The notes: a model not told the origin generated them from the letters alone. A stretch of 64,000 bases of DNA from Eledone cirrhosa (GCA_964016885.1 OZ024745.1:22878001-22942000), one strand, 5' to 3'; counted from the stretch's first letter, positions 1-12,991 are shown. A program made the numbers and translations.

Positions 1-923
1 TCCAAGTAACAGGAAATAGATAAATTACATTGTTAGAGACTCAGAGTATACAATATTTTTTGTTCGGCCCTCGGGAGCAAAGATGAAGAGATTGTTTGGC
101 GAGCTCACCCTAGAGCATCCTATATACAATTGACCATGGGAGAAGCAGGGTTTTCCCAGATGAAGGCCAGCCACTTTTAGGGTTTGACCCTGAGCTTTGT
201 TGATGGTAATCGCGAAGCTTAGTCTCTCTGTTGCTCTAGTAACATTTTTTCTTCTAGAAAATCTGATCTTGCGGCCAGGCTGGGACTTTTTGGGTGGCAT
301 ATCGGCAGCAACAATGACGATATGCCGTCTGAGCTTTCGTGAAATAAATACGTTTGTTTATATTTTGTTTTTGTGTATGCAAAAATATCTGTACACGAAT
401 ATATAATTATATATATAAATTAAAATAACAGATTAAAGTTTAAGCAAAGAATCGCTGCTTTCACCCTCAACGGGATCTTCTGAAACTAAAAAATCAATCT
501 GTGAACGCAGAAGTAAATATTTCGAAAAACGTTGCAATCGAAGGAAAACAGGAAGACGATACTTTGGTTCGTGAAAACAAACAGATATTATAAGCGTGCG
601 ACGTTATAGCTATGTATCTAATGCAGACACCCAGACATACAGAGACATATTATAAGGGCGCGACGTTATAGCTATGTATCTATCTAAAAAGACAGACTAA
701 AGAGAGGGTTTGTCGTATAATCTGAAGTGTTGAGATTTGAAAATTTTAAAGAAGTGAATATTTAAATAAACGATAAAATATCTTTAATCTTTTAACGAAA
801 TTTAGAAGACAAAAATACCCTCACTTTCTTACTTGGAAAAAGTTACATCTATGGTGCAAATTTGGTGCTGTTTGGTCCAGCCGTTTGGCGAAAAGTTTGT
901 TACATACAGCTTTATAATATAGA
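1..923 (-). mobile_element. Internally deleted Helitron (5' end at 923; 3' end lies left of the window)
   Basis: Minus strand reads A|TCTATATTATAAAGCTGTATGTA from 924/923, a Helitron-type 5'-TC start after A. It leads into a PIF1 helicase C-terminal fragment on the same strand. Confidence 0.7.
25..225 (-). pseudogene. PIF1-family (Helitron RepHel) helicase C-terminal fragment
   Basis: RLSFAITINKAQGQTL...FSHGQLYIGCSRV...TKNIVY matches PIF1/Helitron helicase motifs V-VI. The upstream part of the called ORF is not helicase-like. Confidence 0.9.
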
Positions 924-1115
924 TAGGTTTTATGTTATGCATCCTAATACTTACGGCTATTTAGGGGGTGTTCAGTGGCGTATTGCTGTGGGTGCATGGA
1001 AGTGCAGCTACGTCCCACCCACCTCCTCCCTAAAAAAATTGTTAGAAAATTTGGTTTTGTCGGAAAATTCTTAAATTTTCAAAAAATATTCTATACTTTC
1101 CTCGTTACACAAAAC

Positions 1116-1336
1116 ATAATGGGTTCTGATTTAGGTATAAGGCCAACAATCTTGATGGAGGGGAAATTCGATTAAATTGACCCCAGCGCATTACTGGTAC
1201 TTTATTTTATCGACCCTGTAATGATGAAAGGCAAAGCTAAAACCGGTGGAATTTGAACTCAAAGCATAAAGGGCCATAACTCTATGCCACAAAGCATATT
1301 GTCCGATGCTCTTCCGATTCTACCAATTCACCGCCC
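1116..1336 (-). mobile_element. tRNA-derived SINE (family A)
   Basis: Reverse complement has a GGGCGGTGAATTGG A-box head, GAGTTCAAAT B box, GCCTTTCATC..GGGTCGATAAAATAAAGTACCAG core and ATT tail. Repeated many times in the window. Confidence 0.9.
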
Positions 1337-2447
1337 TTTTACACAAAACATGATAAAATATGTACAATACAATAATGAATAAATATATAATAATTGGTGT
1401 GCATAAGAAATGTTGTCGGAATAATATGAAGCTCTGTATCCTCAAGAATGTCAGGAGCAATACGGTTATGAGGTGTATGTAAGGTTTCTTTTGTCCGTCT
1501 GGGCTGGGTAGAAGAGATAATGTTATTAAGATGCTTTTGTAATGGTGTACTTGGATGTTATGGATATATTCATTGGTTTTTCAGTGATATTTCACAGAAC
1601 AATGAACCACGAGCAGATGTTGAGGTGAACAAGATAATATCCATGACTATCAAAGATGGTGACTAGAGAGATGTTTTTCTTCAACTTACAGAATAATTTA
1701 CAGCTAACGACGCAAAAAGTCTGTGACGTCTCCATCGAGAGAAACTAGTGTATTTAAACACTATTGATATGTCAAATAGTATTTTTCTTTCCACCCAGAC
1801 ATAGAACTATATCTTTAGATGATTTCAATCGTTATCGATCTCCCTAGTTTTAGAGACAAATATAAATAAATGGAAGAATCAATTTCCCTTCGTCTGTCTA
1901 ACACCGTGATATAAGCCATTAGTAAACTATTCAAACTATTTAAACATTTAAATCTAATAATGTCAGACATCCGGCCTTCTCGATGACAAGAATTTTATGA
2001 GAGGAAAAAGAAGAAAACCTTACATTTTTAAGAACTTCAAATTTTCGCTTCTATTTGAGAAATTAAGATAAATAGGCAAAGTTCTACTACCGAAGAAGGA
2101 ATTCACAAATATTTCGGTAGAAGGTGAGAAGACTTTAATGAATTCTTAAAAAAAAACTTAAGTAGAAATATTTTTTTAACTCTCAGAACAATTTACTAAA
2201 TTGTAAAACAGAAAAAGAAAAAAAATGGATTATTATTGGGCCATCTGCAGTGTCAGCCACTCCACTGCTTAAAAATTCCTTTAGTAATAAAGCTACAACT
2301 TAATAATTTATATTATAAAAGAAAAGTTGTTTCATAGTGTGTCTGTCCGTCGCACATATATGTAGAAGGAATGGAAAAGGGAGGAATGAAAAGACGAGGC
2401 AAGCTCTTTTTACAAGGGTGGGAGGTGATAAGTAGAGAACTGCAAGT

Positions 2448-2630
2448 ATTAATAATTGTTTCTACTTTTGGCACAAGGCCAGCAATTATTCCAGTGCATT
2501 ACTGGTACTTATTTTATCGACCCCGTACGGATGAAAGGTAAATTTAACCCCGGCGGGATTAAAACTCAAACCGTATAGGGTTGTAACTCTATGCTACAAA
2601 GCATGGCGTTCGACCCTCTACCGATACTGA
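2448..2630 (-). mobile_element. SINE family A (short-internal variant)
   Basis: Same core and tail as 1116-1336. Confidence 0.85.
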
Positions 2631-3283
2631 ATAAGCATAGAACAGTGAATACAAGATCGAAATATCCGAGTAGATATATTGATGAGATCTAAGCAGCAGC
2701 AGCTTCTTCTTCTTCTTCTTCTTCTTCTTCTTCTTCTTCTTCTTGAGAGGGCAGTGGGATAGAGTCCTTAAACACTCCTTGTAGTGAACATAGTTTAGGA
2801 AATTATAAGCGCTAGTTCTTCTACCAAAGTCTTGTGTTACGTAGTGGTTTTACCTTATTCATTTCGACTTTTGATTTACAGTATTTAAATTATTATAACG
2901 TTGGAGGGTAACAGAACAAGAGTAACGCCGTGAGAAAATTGTGACTTAATGCATATTGACAAAATGACATTAGGAAGAATTTAGTAATAGGATGGTTTCG
3001 CTACCAAAGACATGAAATGATACTTCGTTCTAGAAATTAAAAATACTTAAAACATTCATGAGAGAAAAGAAAACTTATTTCTGGTAAAGAATAGTTTTGG
3101 TTACTTGTTGAAATATATTCAAGAATCACTGACTGAAATCAATATGGTAAGAAGTAGTTTCCAGCGAGATTCCTTCTCTATAGTTATGTTCGTTGTTTAT
3201 TTGGTATGTCTACATTATTTGTAGTAATGAGATAGTAAACCTGCATAGCATCCAGTCAAAATTAATTGCAAAGTTAACTATTT

Positions 3284-4438
3284 TATTAATGTAAAGAATG
3301 ATATGCTCATGGGCATAGATGCTATAACATAGCTTATAAAATAGGGAGAAGAGCCTTAAAAGACGGAAAAGAAGTTGCCTTGGCTGCTATGAGGAATGAA
3401 ACCCCATATCTCCCACCTACTAACTATGAGTATATGAGGTACAATTTCTCATAGCGGTCGATGGCAATTTCTGTTACCGTCTCTTAAGAGTCTTCACCCT
3501 ATATTGTAGCGGTCGATGGCAATTTCTGTTACCGTCTTTTAAGGGTCTTTACCCTATATTGTAGCGGTCGATGGCAATTTCTGTTACCGTCTTTTAAGGG
3601 TCTTTACCCTATATTGTAGCGGTCGATGGCAATTTCTGTTACCGTCTTTTAAGGGTCTTTACCCTATATTGTAGCGGTCGATGGCAATTTCTGTTACCGT
3701 CTTTTAAGGGTCTTTACCCTATATTGTAGCGGTCGATGGCAATTTCTGTTACCGTCTTTTAAGGGTCTTTACCCTATATTGTAGCGGTCGATGGCAATTT
3801 CTGTTACCGTCTTTTAAGGGTCTTTACCCTATATTGTAGCGGTCGATAGCAATTTCTTTTACCGTCTTTTAAGAGTCTTTACCCTATATTGTAGCGGTCG
3901 ATAGCAATTTCTGTTACCGTCTTTTAAGGGTCTTTACCCTATATTGTAGCGGTCGATGGCAATTTCTGTTACCGTCTTTTAAGGGTCTTTACCCTATATT
4001 GTAGCGGTCGATGGCAATTTCTGTTACCGTCTTTTAAGGGTCTTTACCCTATATTGTAGCGGTCGATAGCAATTTCTTTTACCGTCTTTTAAGGGTCTTT
4101 ACCCTATATTGTAGCGGTCGATAGCAATTTCTTTTACCGTCTTTTAAGGGTCTTTACCCTATATTGTAGCGGTCGATAGCAATTTCTGTTACCGTCTTTT
4201 AAGGGTCTTTACCCTATATTGTAGCGGTCGATAGCAATTTCTTTTACCGTCTTTTAAGAGTCTTTACCCTATATTGTAGCGGTCGATAGCAATTTCTGTT
4301 ACCGTCTTTTAAGGGTCTTTACCCTATATTGTAGCGGTCGATAGCAATTTCTTTTACCGTCTTTTAAGGGTCTTTATCCTATATTGTAAGCTATTTTATA
4401 GCATTTCTGCGCATGCGCTCATCATCCTTTATATTAAT
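3284..4438. mobile_element. Palindromic (fold-back/MITE-like) element with one arm expanded into a tandem array
   Basis: 3284-3410 is a diverged reverse complement of 3432-3505 joined to 4385-4438. Confidence 0.75.
3452..4388. repeat. 55-bp tandem minisatellite, about 17 copies
   Basis: Unit GTAGCGGTCGAT(G/A)GCAATTTCT(G/T)TTACCGTCTTTTAAGGGTCTTTACCCTATATT repeated head-to-tail with no spacers. Confidence 0.97.
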
Positions 4439-4958
4439 ACTATATCATCGGCCATTCAAAGTCCGATCTCTCAGCTACGTATATTATTTTTAACCAGTTA
4501 ATGTTCTTTACTTTTCTTATGGTTTACCAAAATAGTGAGATGGAATATTTAACAAAGATATTAGGGTGAAGTTTGGTTTCAATAAAGGCGTCATACTTGT
4601 TATAAAAAGAAGAAAAGGGGGATAACTCTGAGAGAATTTCGCTTTCGTACAAAGCTAGGTTCATTAAAGAATGGTGGACTATGTAAATATTTGATTGGTA
4701 ATGTAGATTGAATATTTAGGCAGTGTTGCTGAGTAATTGAGGAAATGAAATGTAAGAAAATAAATGGTAAAGTTGGAGATAGATATAATGAGTCAGGGTA
4801 TCTCTTAGAAGCCAAATTAAAAGAAAGGAACATTATTTAAGGGGCCCACACATAGGAAATATCAATACCGAGATATTAAGTGGTCTATGTTCAGTAGATA
4901 ATAAAAATAAAATGGAAAACACACCAGAAAACTGTTCAAAATATATAACGGTACACAA

Positions 4959-5029
<71 letters not shown>

Positions 5030-5085
5030 TTACGTGTAACAACAGTTGTACATATGCTGAAATACTGACTTCGACACTTTTAAAT

Positions 5086-5168
<83 letters not shown>

Positions 5169-5870
5169 GACATATCCATACACACATACATAGAGCAGCA
5201 GAAAGATATGCAATGTAACTAACATTACTTCTGGAGATTATAGAAATTCCAATTGTATTGGAAGTTATGAGACAATATTTGTACTGGCGGGAAGATCAAT
5301 GAGGGATATAGAGAAGGAAGATAAGATTAGAAACAAACAATGAAAGGGCGAGGATAAAAAAAAGTGCTAAATAAACGTATTACATGGTGGGTTTGTCAAG
5401 TAAACAAAAGATATTCTAGAGGAAAGACAGAATGATTGACTTAAAGATAAATGATTAAAGAAACGAACAGAAAGTCTTATCATAGCTACACAAGTACAAA
5501 TACGACTTCAACAAAATATAACAGAAGCCAACGAGACGACTACGTGTCGAAAGTATGGCAAAGTAGAAGTGAGTAAATTTAATAAGATTGTACCAAAAGA
5601 ATGTGAAATAAAAGAGAAAGGTTTGGAAAATATAGTCAGAGAAGTGAGGAAACTATGAGACATGAGAATGAAAGTTATTCTTGTCGTTTGAAGAACAGTC
5701 GAGAGTAATACTAAAATAGAAGTTCTAGAGAGCTGGAAGATATTGGAATAACAAAGACGTGGAATGATGCTACAGAAAACTGTCATCTATTTCTAAAGAA
5801 ACTTCTAGAGAATTGAAGAGATTTGTCACAAAGTCTCATGACAACAGAAATCCCTTTATATCAGGTGCTG

Positions 5871-6450
5871 TAATAATTGTTTCTACTTTAGGCACATAGC
5901 CAGCAATTACCCAGTACATTACTGGTACTTTATTTTATCGACCCCGTAAGGAGGAAAGACAAAGTTAACCTCGGCCGGATTTGAACTCAGAATGGCAAGG
6001 GCCGTAACTCTATGCGTCAAAGCATGGCGTCCGACCCTTTACAGATACTGCCAATCCCCCACCCAGTTGCTGTAATAATGGTTTCTGATATAGGTGCAAG
6101 TCCAGTAATTTTGGGGGGAGGGGAAAGTCGATTAAATCGACACCAGCGCGTGACTGGTATTTTATTTATCAACCTTGTAAGGATGAGAGATGGGATTTGA
6201 ACCTCGGTGTGATTTGAACTGAGAATGTGAAGGGCCGTAACTCTATGCTACGAAACAGGGTGTCCAACGCTCTACCGATTCTGCCAATTCACCGCACTTC
6301 AGGTTCTATAATAATAATAATAATAATAATAATGGTTTCTTATATAGGCAGAAGGACAGCAATTTTTGGGGAGGGAAAAGTCGATTAAATCGACCCCAAT
6401 GTTTTACTGGTACTTTATTTCATCAAGGATGAAAGGCAAGGTAAAGCTAC
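5871..6450 (-). mobile_element. Cluster of three SINE family A copies (5871-6064, 6073-6296, partial 6308-6450)
   Basis: Each has the core ACTGGTACTTTATTTTATCGACCCC-like motif. The first two also keep the ATTTGAACT B box. Confidence 0.85.
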
Positions 6451-6587
6451 CCTTTAAAATAAGAAAGCTGCAATAAGCTTTATAAACACACAAGTTAAAT
6501 CAGTCTTAATCGAAATTATCCACTTGAAAAGAGAAACCAACAAAAGAAGCCTCCCGTTGATATTCAGCTTGTTACTAATATCAAGTG

Positions 6588-6860
6588 AAGGCGTGTGATT
6601 TAATGGTTAGAGCATCGTATTCACAATCATGAGGTTGTGAGTTCGATCCTCGCCTCTTTCATTATTTGTTTCTATCCTTATCTTCCTTCTATATATCCCT
6701 CATTGATCTTCTCGCCAGTACATATATTGTAAATATATTGAGTTGTGTTCTTGAGCAGGACACTTTATTTCCCGCTGCTCCAGTTTACTCAGCTGTAGAA
6801 ATGAGTTGCGACCTTACTAGTGTCAAGCTGTATCAGCCACTGCCTTTCTCTTAGACAACA
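6588..6860 (+). mobile_element. tRNA-derived CORE-type SINE (family B)
   Basis: Head TGATTTAATGGTTAGAGCA...GAGTTCGATCC, then GTGTTCTTGAGCAGGACACTTTA...CTCAGCTGTAGAAATGAGT. A related minus-strand copy lies at 59228-59330. Confidence 0.7.
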
Positions 6861-7034
6861 TTTTAAATACTGAGGCTACTCTCGATCATAACTGACAAAG
6901 GGTTTGCTACTGAAGGGAAAGAAAATAGGAGAGAGAGAGAGACGTAGAGGAAGAATTCACGCCCGTACACGACTGGTACATTTTTTTTATTGACCTCTAA
7001 ATCATGTAAAGTAAAGTTGATTACGGTGAGAAGT

Positions 7035-7458
7035 TGATGGAGATTGTTATTCGTCGGACAATAAGCTTTGTGGCATAGAGCTACGGCCCTTCACGTTCTG
7101 ATTTAAAATCCCGCCAAGGTTAGCTTTGCCTTTCATCCTTACGGGGTCGCTAAAATAAAGTACCAGTAATGTACTGGAGTCGATTTAATCGACTTACTTC
7201 TCCCCCCCCCCCAAATTGTTGGCCTTGTGTCTAAAGTAGAAACAATTATTATTATTTTATGGGCGGTGGATTGGCAGTATCGGTAGAGGGTCTGACGTCA
7301 TGCTTTACAGCATAGAGTTACGGCCCTTTATGGTCTGAGTTCAAATCCCGTCGAGGTTAACTTTGCCTTTCATCCTTACGGGGCCGATAAAATAAAGTAC
7401 CAGTAATGTACTGGGGTATTTGCTGGCCTTGTGCCAAAAGTAGAAACAATTATTTTAT
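7035..7458 (+). mobile_element. Two tandem SINE family A copies (7035-7257, 7260-7458)
   Basis: B box, core and ATT tails present. The second copy has a full GGGCGGTGGATTGGCAG head. Confidence 0.9.
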
Positions 7459-7499
7459 TGACGAACTTTATGTAGGGAAAGAGAATGAAGAATGTAATG

Positions 7500-7632
7500 A
7501 GCATCATCATCAACATCATCAACACCATCCTCGCTATCATCAACATCATCAACACCATCCTCGCTATCATCAACATCATCAACACCATCCTCGCTATCAC
7601 CATCATCATCATCATCACCACCACAATCATCG
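7500..7632. repeat. 30-bp/CAT-rich tandem repeat
   Basis: CATCAACATCATCAACACCATCCTCGCTAT repeated about three times, then (CAT)n. Confidence 0.9.
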
Positions 7633-7872
7633 TTTCTATCAAGTGTATGTGTGATCGGAGTGTTCTGGGTGATTTCTAGAACACTGTCCACCCCCCACCC
7701 CCCACCCCACACACACAGACACACACACACACACACGTCTGAGTGTGTGTGTGTGTGTGCATTCGTGTGTATTTGTGTATGATGGTAGTATTCTAGTTGA
7801 TTTCTATTTTCGTTTTGCTCTACTTCCCAGACCACAGTTGCAATAGTATATATATATATATGTGTGTGTGTG

Positions 7873-7903
<31 letters not shown>

Positions 7904-7961
7904 GTGTATGTGTGTGTCTGTGTGTGTAAATATATATATACATGTATATATATATATATTT

Positions 7962-8098
<137 letters not shown>

Positions 8099-8304
8099 AT
8101 TGGAAAATAGTAAAATCGAATCTCTGGCGGTTTGCAAGTAAATTCGGCCTACTTATATGAAGTGATGAGTTAGCAAAGCACTCGATAAGTTGGGGCCTTA
8201 GAGTAATAACATACGTTTAAATAGCTTGACAAATTGAACATTGTGGTAGGTGAATCTAACACACAATATATACCAAAGTAACGATAGAACTAATCAGGTT
8301 GAGA

Positions 8305-8336
<32 letters not shown>

Positions 8337-8337
8337 C

Positions 8338-8419
<82 letters not shown>

Positions 8420-8420
<1 letters not shown>

Positions 8421-10240
8421 TATTGAAAGAACTAAGGAAAAAGTACAAGGTAGCAAGTAAGGACGAACTTGAAAAACTGAATACAGATGCATCTTGTATA
8501 ATGCATGAATTAGACATTGAGAATAAAACACAACCCTTCATGCCTAGGAAACCCAAGATCAATATGAAGGATCACAAAAGAAACTTTGAAAATGATTTAC
8601 CAGTCAGATTAATTGCACCATCTAAATCTGATCTGGGAAAACTTAGCAAAAATATTCTAGACAGGGTAATACAACAAATTATAAACTTACCTAATTTATC
8701 TAACTTAAAATTATGGAAAGGGACTAGTGAGGTTATTGATTGGTTTAAAGAAATTAAATATAACTATAATAATAAGTTTATTCAGCTGGATATTGCTAAC
8801 TACTATTCATCTATCACTCCTAATCTACTGAATAAGGCACTAAATTACGCATTTAAACATACTGACCTAACTAGCAATGAAATGCACATTATATTATCGG
8901 CAAGGAAAACATTGATAGAATTTAATAACCAACTCTGGACTAGGGCAGATAGAAATAATAATTTCGACATAACTATGGGATCATCAGACTCAGCTCAGGT
9001 AACGGACCTTGTGGGCCTATTTATAATTAATTCGCTACATAGAAAAATACCAGGTGTAACCGGAGGATTATATCGTGATGACATGCTTTTACTTATAGAA
9101 AATAATAGCTGTGAACTAAATAGAAAAAGAAAACAAATTAGACAATTTTTTAATTACCTTAATCTAAAAATAGAAATAGAGAATAACCATAGAATAGTCA
9201 ATTTTCTTGATGTAACACTAAATCTCAACACATGTCTTCATTATCCATTTCACAAACTAAATTAGAACTTGAATTATGTCAACTTTAACTCTAATCACCC
9301 CAGATCTGTTAAAAATACTATAGTGAACTCTGTTCAAGAACGAATTTCAAGAATTTCATCTAATAAAAATATATTTGGTGAAAAAGCGGAGTATTACAAC
9401 GAAGCGTTAGGTAGAGCTGGATATAGAAATAAAATTAAATACATCGATAATAATAATAATAAGCAAACTAACCAAAATAATAACAATTTCAATTACGGTA
9501 ACAACTTTAACAACTATAATAGAAAACATTACAATAATTCCAAAAGCCGAAAAAGAAATAGAACTAGAAATATATTATGGTTTGCTCCCCCTTTCTCACT
9601 AAATATTAAAACCCCTATTGCTAAACTATTCTTTAAAGCTCTTGACAAACGCTTCCCTAGAACACATAAATATTACTCAATTTTTAATAGACACACTATA
9701 AAATTGACTTACTCGTCCACCAAAAATTTAGCACAAAATATTAATAGAATTAATAATAGGAATTTAAAACCTAACCAAAATACCAATAATAACCCAAACA
9801 ATATTCAATTAAATAACTGTAGAAATAAATCTAACTGTCCGTTAAATAACAACTGCTTAGCTAAAAATGTAGTGTACAATTGTAATGTTAAAACTAATTT
9901 AAATTCATTTAACTATGTTGGTTCCACCTCTACAGAATTTAAATTTCGCTTGAATAATCATAAGAATTCTTTCACAGATCCAAACAAAAAATCTTCAACT
10001 TCGCTATCTAGCCTACTATGGGACCTAAAACGAGATAATATTAAATATTCGATGAATTGGAATATTATTTCCTAAGCTACTCCTTTTAATTCATCTTCAG
10101 AAAATTGTGATCTTTGTATTGAAGAAATATTCTTTATATTAAAGTCCAAAAATTCCCTTAATCTAAGGAACAATTTATTCAGTTGCTGCAGACATAGGTT
10201 GAACTCAACGTTTAAATATAAATATAAATTTAAAATGTAG
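8420..10240 (+). pseudogene. PLE reverse transcriptase + GIY-YIG endonuclease, single frame with premature stops TAG 9263 and TAA 10073
   Basis: Motifs MKDHK..F....PVRLIAPSKS, FIQLDI..YYSSI, FDITMGS, GLYRDD, VNFLDVTL, SNHP, ILWFAPP, C-x5-CPL-x3-CL, VVY...YVG, then CDLC and CCRHR after the second stop. Confidence 0.92.
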
Positions 10241-11802
10241 TATAATTAATTAAGTAATTTAGTTAATATATGAAACCTGTCGATAAATCATTAGATTCCT
10301 TCACCTTTTTCTTTTTAAACTTTCTTCCTAAATATAAACATGGATATAATAAACTACTCTAAAATGTCTATACTTCCAATGTATTAAATAAAATGTACGT
10401 AAGATAAATTTCTATACTAAATATAAGGTTATCTGTAGAATCATTGGGTTTTTTAAATCTTTTAAATTATTTTTATTTATTTGTTTTGATTCTGATAGCT
10501 TCTCATAACTTTCATAAGTCTACCCTTTCAATATCTTGATTGAGATATACGTAGGATAAATTCTATAATAAATATATAAAACATATTATTTTAACTTAAG
10601 ATACTCTATAGTGTTTTAAAGATATTTAATGCTTTGATATTTCTAGATTTCTTTTGAATATACTGATATAGTTGGATTTCCAAAATATATTCCTTTGGTA
10701 TTTTAAATTTATATTGTTATGCTTATATTTACAAGTTATAATCCTTTAGTAATATATTGATATTTGATTATCTCTATACAAATGCATATGTGTGTATTAA
10801 CATGCATATAAAGTCTTATAGATTTTTTGTGTTTGTATATATGTCTGTATATATACATGAGCGATGCGAGAGGACGCACGCAAATATTTATTTATACATA
10901 TGTATGTGTATATATGTATGTATATATATCTATGTGGATGAGAGGTATGTTGCAGATATGCATAATATTAAATACATGAATGGTAATCGTATATATGAGG
11001 ACATGAATATTAATCGTATATATTTATGTATATAAACTGTGAACTTTTTATAACACAAGGAATGTATAGCAGTGATTAAGAAAAATCATTTACGTTTTGT
11101 ATGGCTATATTGTTGGCTTGAGTAAACATAATTTCTATTTTCAGGACGTGCGTATGTGTGTATATATATATATATACATATATATTTGTATGTCTTTGCA
11201 TAAGATACTGATCTCTATACCAAGGGTACATTTTGAACGATTTAACTCAGATTTTGGTATATTGATCTCAAGTTTTTAAACTAAACATATAGTCATTATT
11301 GAACAATGTTTAATTTCTCATATTATATATCTATGTCCCATTCATGAATATTGATATTTATATTTTTATTATTCATTTCATATAAATTGTTAACTCAACT
11401 TAATATGACATGACGTTAAGTTATCATTGTCTCCCCCTCTCTCTATATAGTATTTCTCTTTCTTGAGTTTTTCTATCTGTATGATGACTTGATATCTCTC
11501 TGTTGCTTTCCTTTGTTTTTCTTATTTCTTCCTTTTTTCTTTCTTTTTTATTTCCTCCTATCTTTATTTATCTCTTTCTTTTCTCCATACATTTCTCCAT
11601 CTCTCCGATATTTCTTCAGGTTTTCTTTCTCTCTCTCCGTCTTTTTTCTTTTTTTTTTCTTTCTCTCCGTCTTTTTCTAATTGTGCTTAACACTATGACT
11701 TATTAAAATAATATAAACAAATCACTATCCAGACAGCCTCCAAAAGTAATGGTTGCATTTTAAAAGGGTACGTCAAAGCTATTTTAAAACTGTTATATAT
11801 TG

Positions 11803-11866
11803 TATTTTGTCTGATGAAGGCATACCATAATTTAATGTGGTACCCTGAAATATGTATAATGAAATA
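11803..11866 (+). ncRNA. Type I hammerhead ribozyme motif (PLE terminus)
   Basis: Stem I TATTTTGT/ATGAAATA, core CTGATGA (11811), imperfect stem II AGG..TACCA/TGGTA.CCT, GAAA (11847), short near-palindromic stem III, putative AUA site. Confidence 0.75.
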
Positions 11867-11905
11867 AATATGGCTTTATAAATATAGTCTCCATTCATTA
11901 ATATC

Positions 11906-11967
<62 letters not shown>

Positions 11968-11968
11968 A

Positions 11969-12180
11969 TAATGAAGGAATTGTGGTAAGAAACCAGATGG
12001 ACCATAACGCACCAGAGTACTCGATACTTCGGGTAGTAGAGTGGGTAATTGGAACAATAATGACACCGACGGCAGAGCTCAAGCCGTTTCGACAGCTATT
12101 TCTGGACATAGTCGTTGAAATAGCTGTGGACATAGCCGTCGAAACGGCTTGAGCTCTGTCGTCGGGGTCCTGAACCTTCT

Positions 12181-12184
<4 letters not shown>
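11969..12184. mobile_element. (TA)n-embedded fold-back mini-element, half-hammerhead family
   Basis: About 90-nt tail followed by inverted arms GAC(A/C)CCGACGGCAGAGCTCAAGCCGTTTCGAC / GTCGAAACGGCTTGAGCTCTGTCGTCGGGGTC. Relatives at 12860, 27393, 59445, 60960 and 61176. Confidence 0.8.
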
Positions 12185-12221
<37 letters not shown>

Positions 12222-12225
<4 letters not shown>

Positions 12226-12413
12226 GAGAAGAAAGAGGAATACTGCGTGGTTGCACATGGGTTACATATTATAAAGTTAGTTCCTCGTCAGTGAATTGCC
12301 AAGCATCATTGGTATTTCTTCGCATTATAAATCATATACCGCAGGTTGGTGCGAGCAATAACTAAAATAAAGCTATTGGGACAAGTGAGTCGCGTAAAGC
12401 GAATATATATATA
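12222..12413 (-). repeat. (TA)n-embedded interspersed repeat; inverted homologue at 55930-56106
   Basis: AATACTGC.TGGTTGCACATGG...GGTTGGTGCGAGCAATAACTAAAATAA shared between the two loci. Confidence 0.8.
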
Positions 12414-12420
12414 TATATAT

Positions 12421-12520
12421 ATAATTGTTTCTACTTTAGGCACAAGGCCAGTAATTACCCAGTACATTACTGGTAGTTTATTTTATCGACCCCGTAAGGA
12501 TGAAACGCAAAGTCAACCTT
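12421..12520 (-). mobile_element. SINE family A 3' fragment
   Basis: Tail and core only. Confidence 0.8.
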
Positions 12521-12568
12521 ATATAATATCAGTGTGTGTGTACGTGTGTGTGTCTGTATATATATATA

Positions 12569-12623
<55 letters not shown>

Positions 12624-12655
12624 ATACATACATACATATATATACATACACATAT

Positions 12656-12821
<166 letters not shown>

Positions 12822-12859
12822 GTATGTATGTATGTATATATATATATATATATATATAT

Positions 12860-12988
12860 AGGAACGAATAAGACCCCGACGGCTAATTCTGGACTTACTC
12901 GTTCCTACCTATTACCCACTCTACTACCCTAAGTATTGAGTACTTTGGTGCGTTATGTTCCACCTGGTTCCTTACCATATTTCCTTCG

Positions 12989-12991
<3 letters not shown>
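12860..12991. mobile_element. Half-hammerhead family mini-element (opposite orientation, internally deleted)
   Basis: GACCCCGACGGCTAATTCTGGACT arm followed by the family tail ending TTCCTTCGTT-(AT)n. Confidence 0.75.

Larger units (their letters stand above)
2960..5800 (+). pseudogene. Highly decayed R4/Dong-like non-LTR retrotransposon remnant, interrupted by insertions
   Basis: Manual translation gives collinear degenerate motifs: RSSFQRDSFS (~3150-3180; cf. GIFQGDSLS), IFNKDIRVKFGFNKGVILVIKRRK (~4545-4615; cf. FSTDIKMKFGESKCAYLAVKRGR in 38004-41513), LHGGF (~5380), TESLIIATQVQ (~5467) and REVRKL*DMRMKVILVV (~5640). Confidence 0.65.
8420..11907 (+). mobile_element. 5'-truncated Penelope-like element (Naiad-type) with long AT-rich 3' UTR, embedded in (TA)n
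   Basis: RT plus GIY-YIG ORF followed by a UTR ending in a hammerhead motif. 11715-11907 matches the reverse complement of 49990-50178. Confidence 0.85.

Noticed and set aside
3452-4388. CRISPR-like array
   Set aside because: The units are contiguous 55-bp repeats with no unique spacers, there are no cas genes, and the context is eukaryotic.
6588-6660. tRNA gene (also the SINE A heads)
   Set aside because: It has A/B boxes but no acceptor stem, and it continues into a SINE core.
9263-10075. Recoding (selenocysteine or readthrough) in the first Naiad
   Set aside because: The stops are TAG and TAA at non-Cys positions, consistent with ordinary nonsense mutations.
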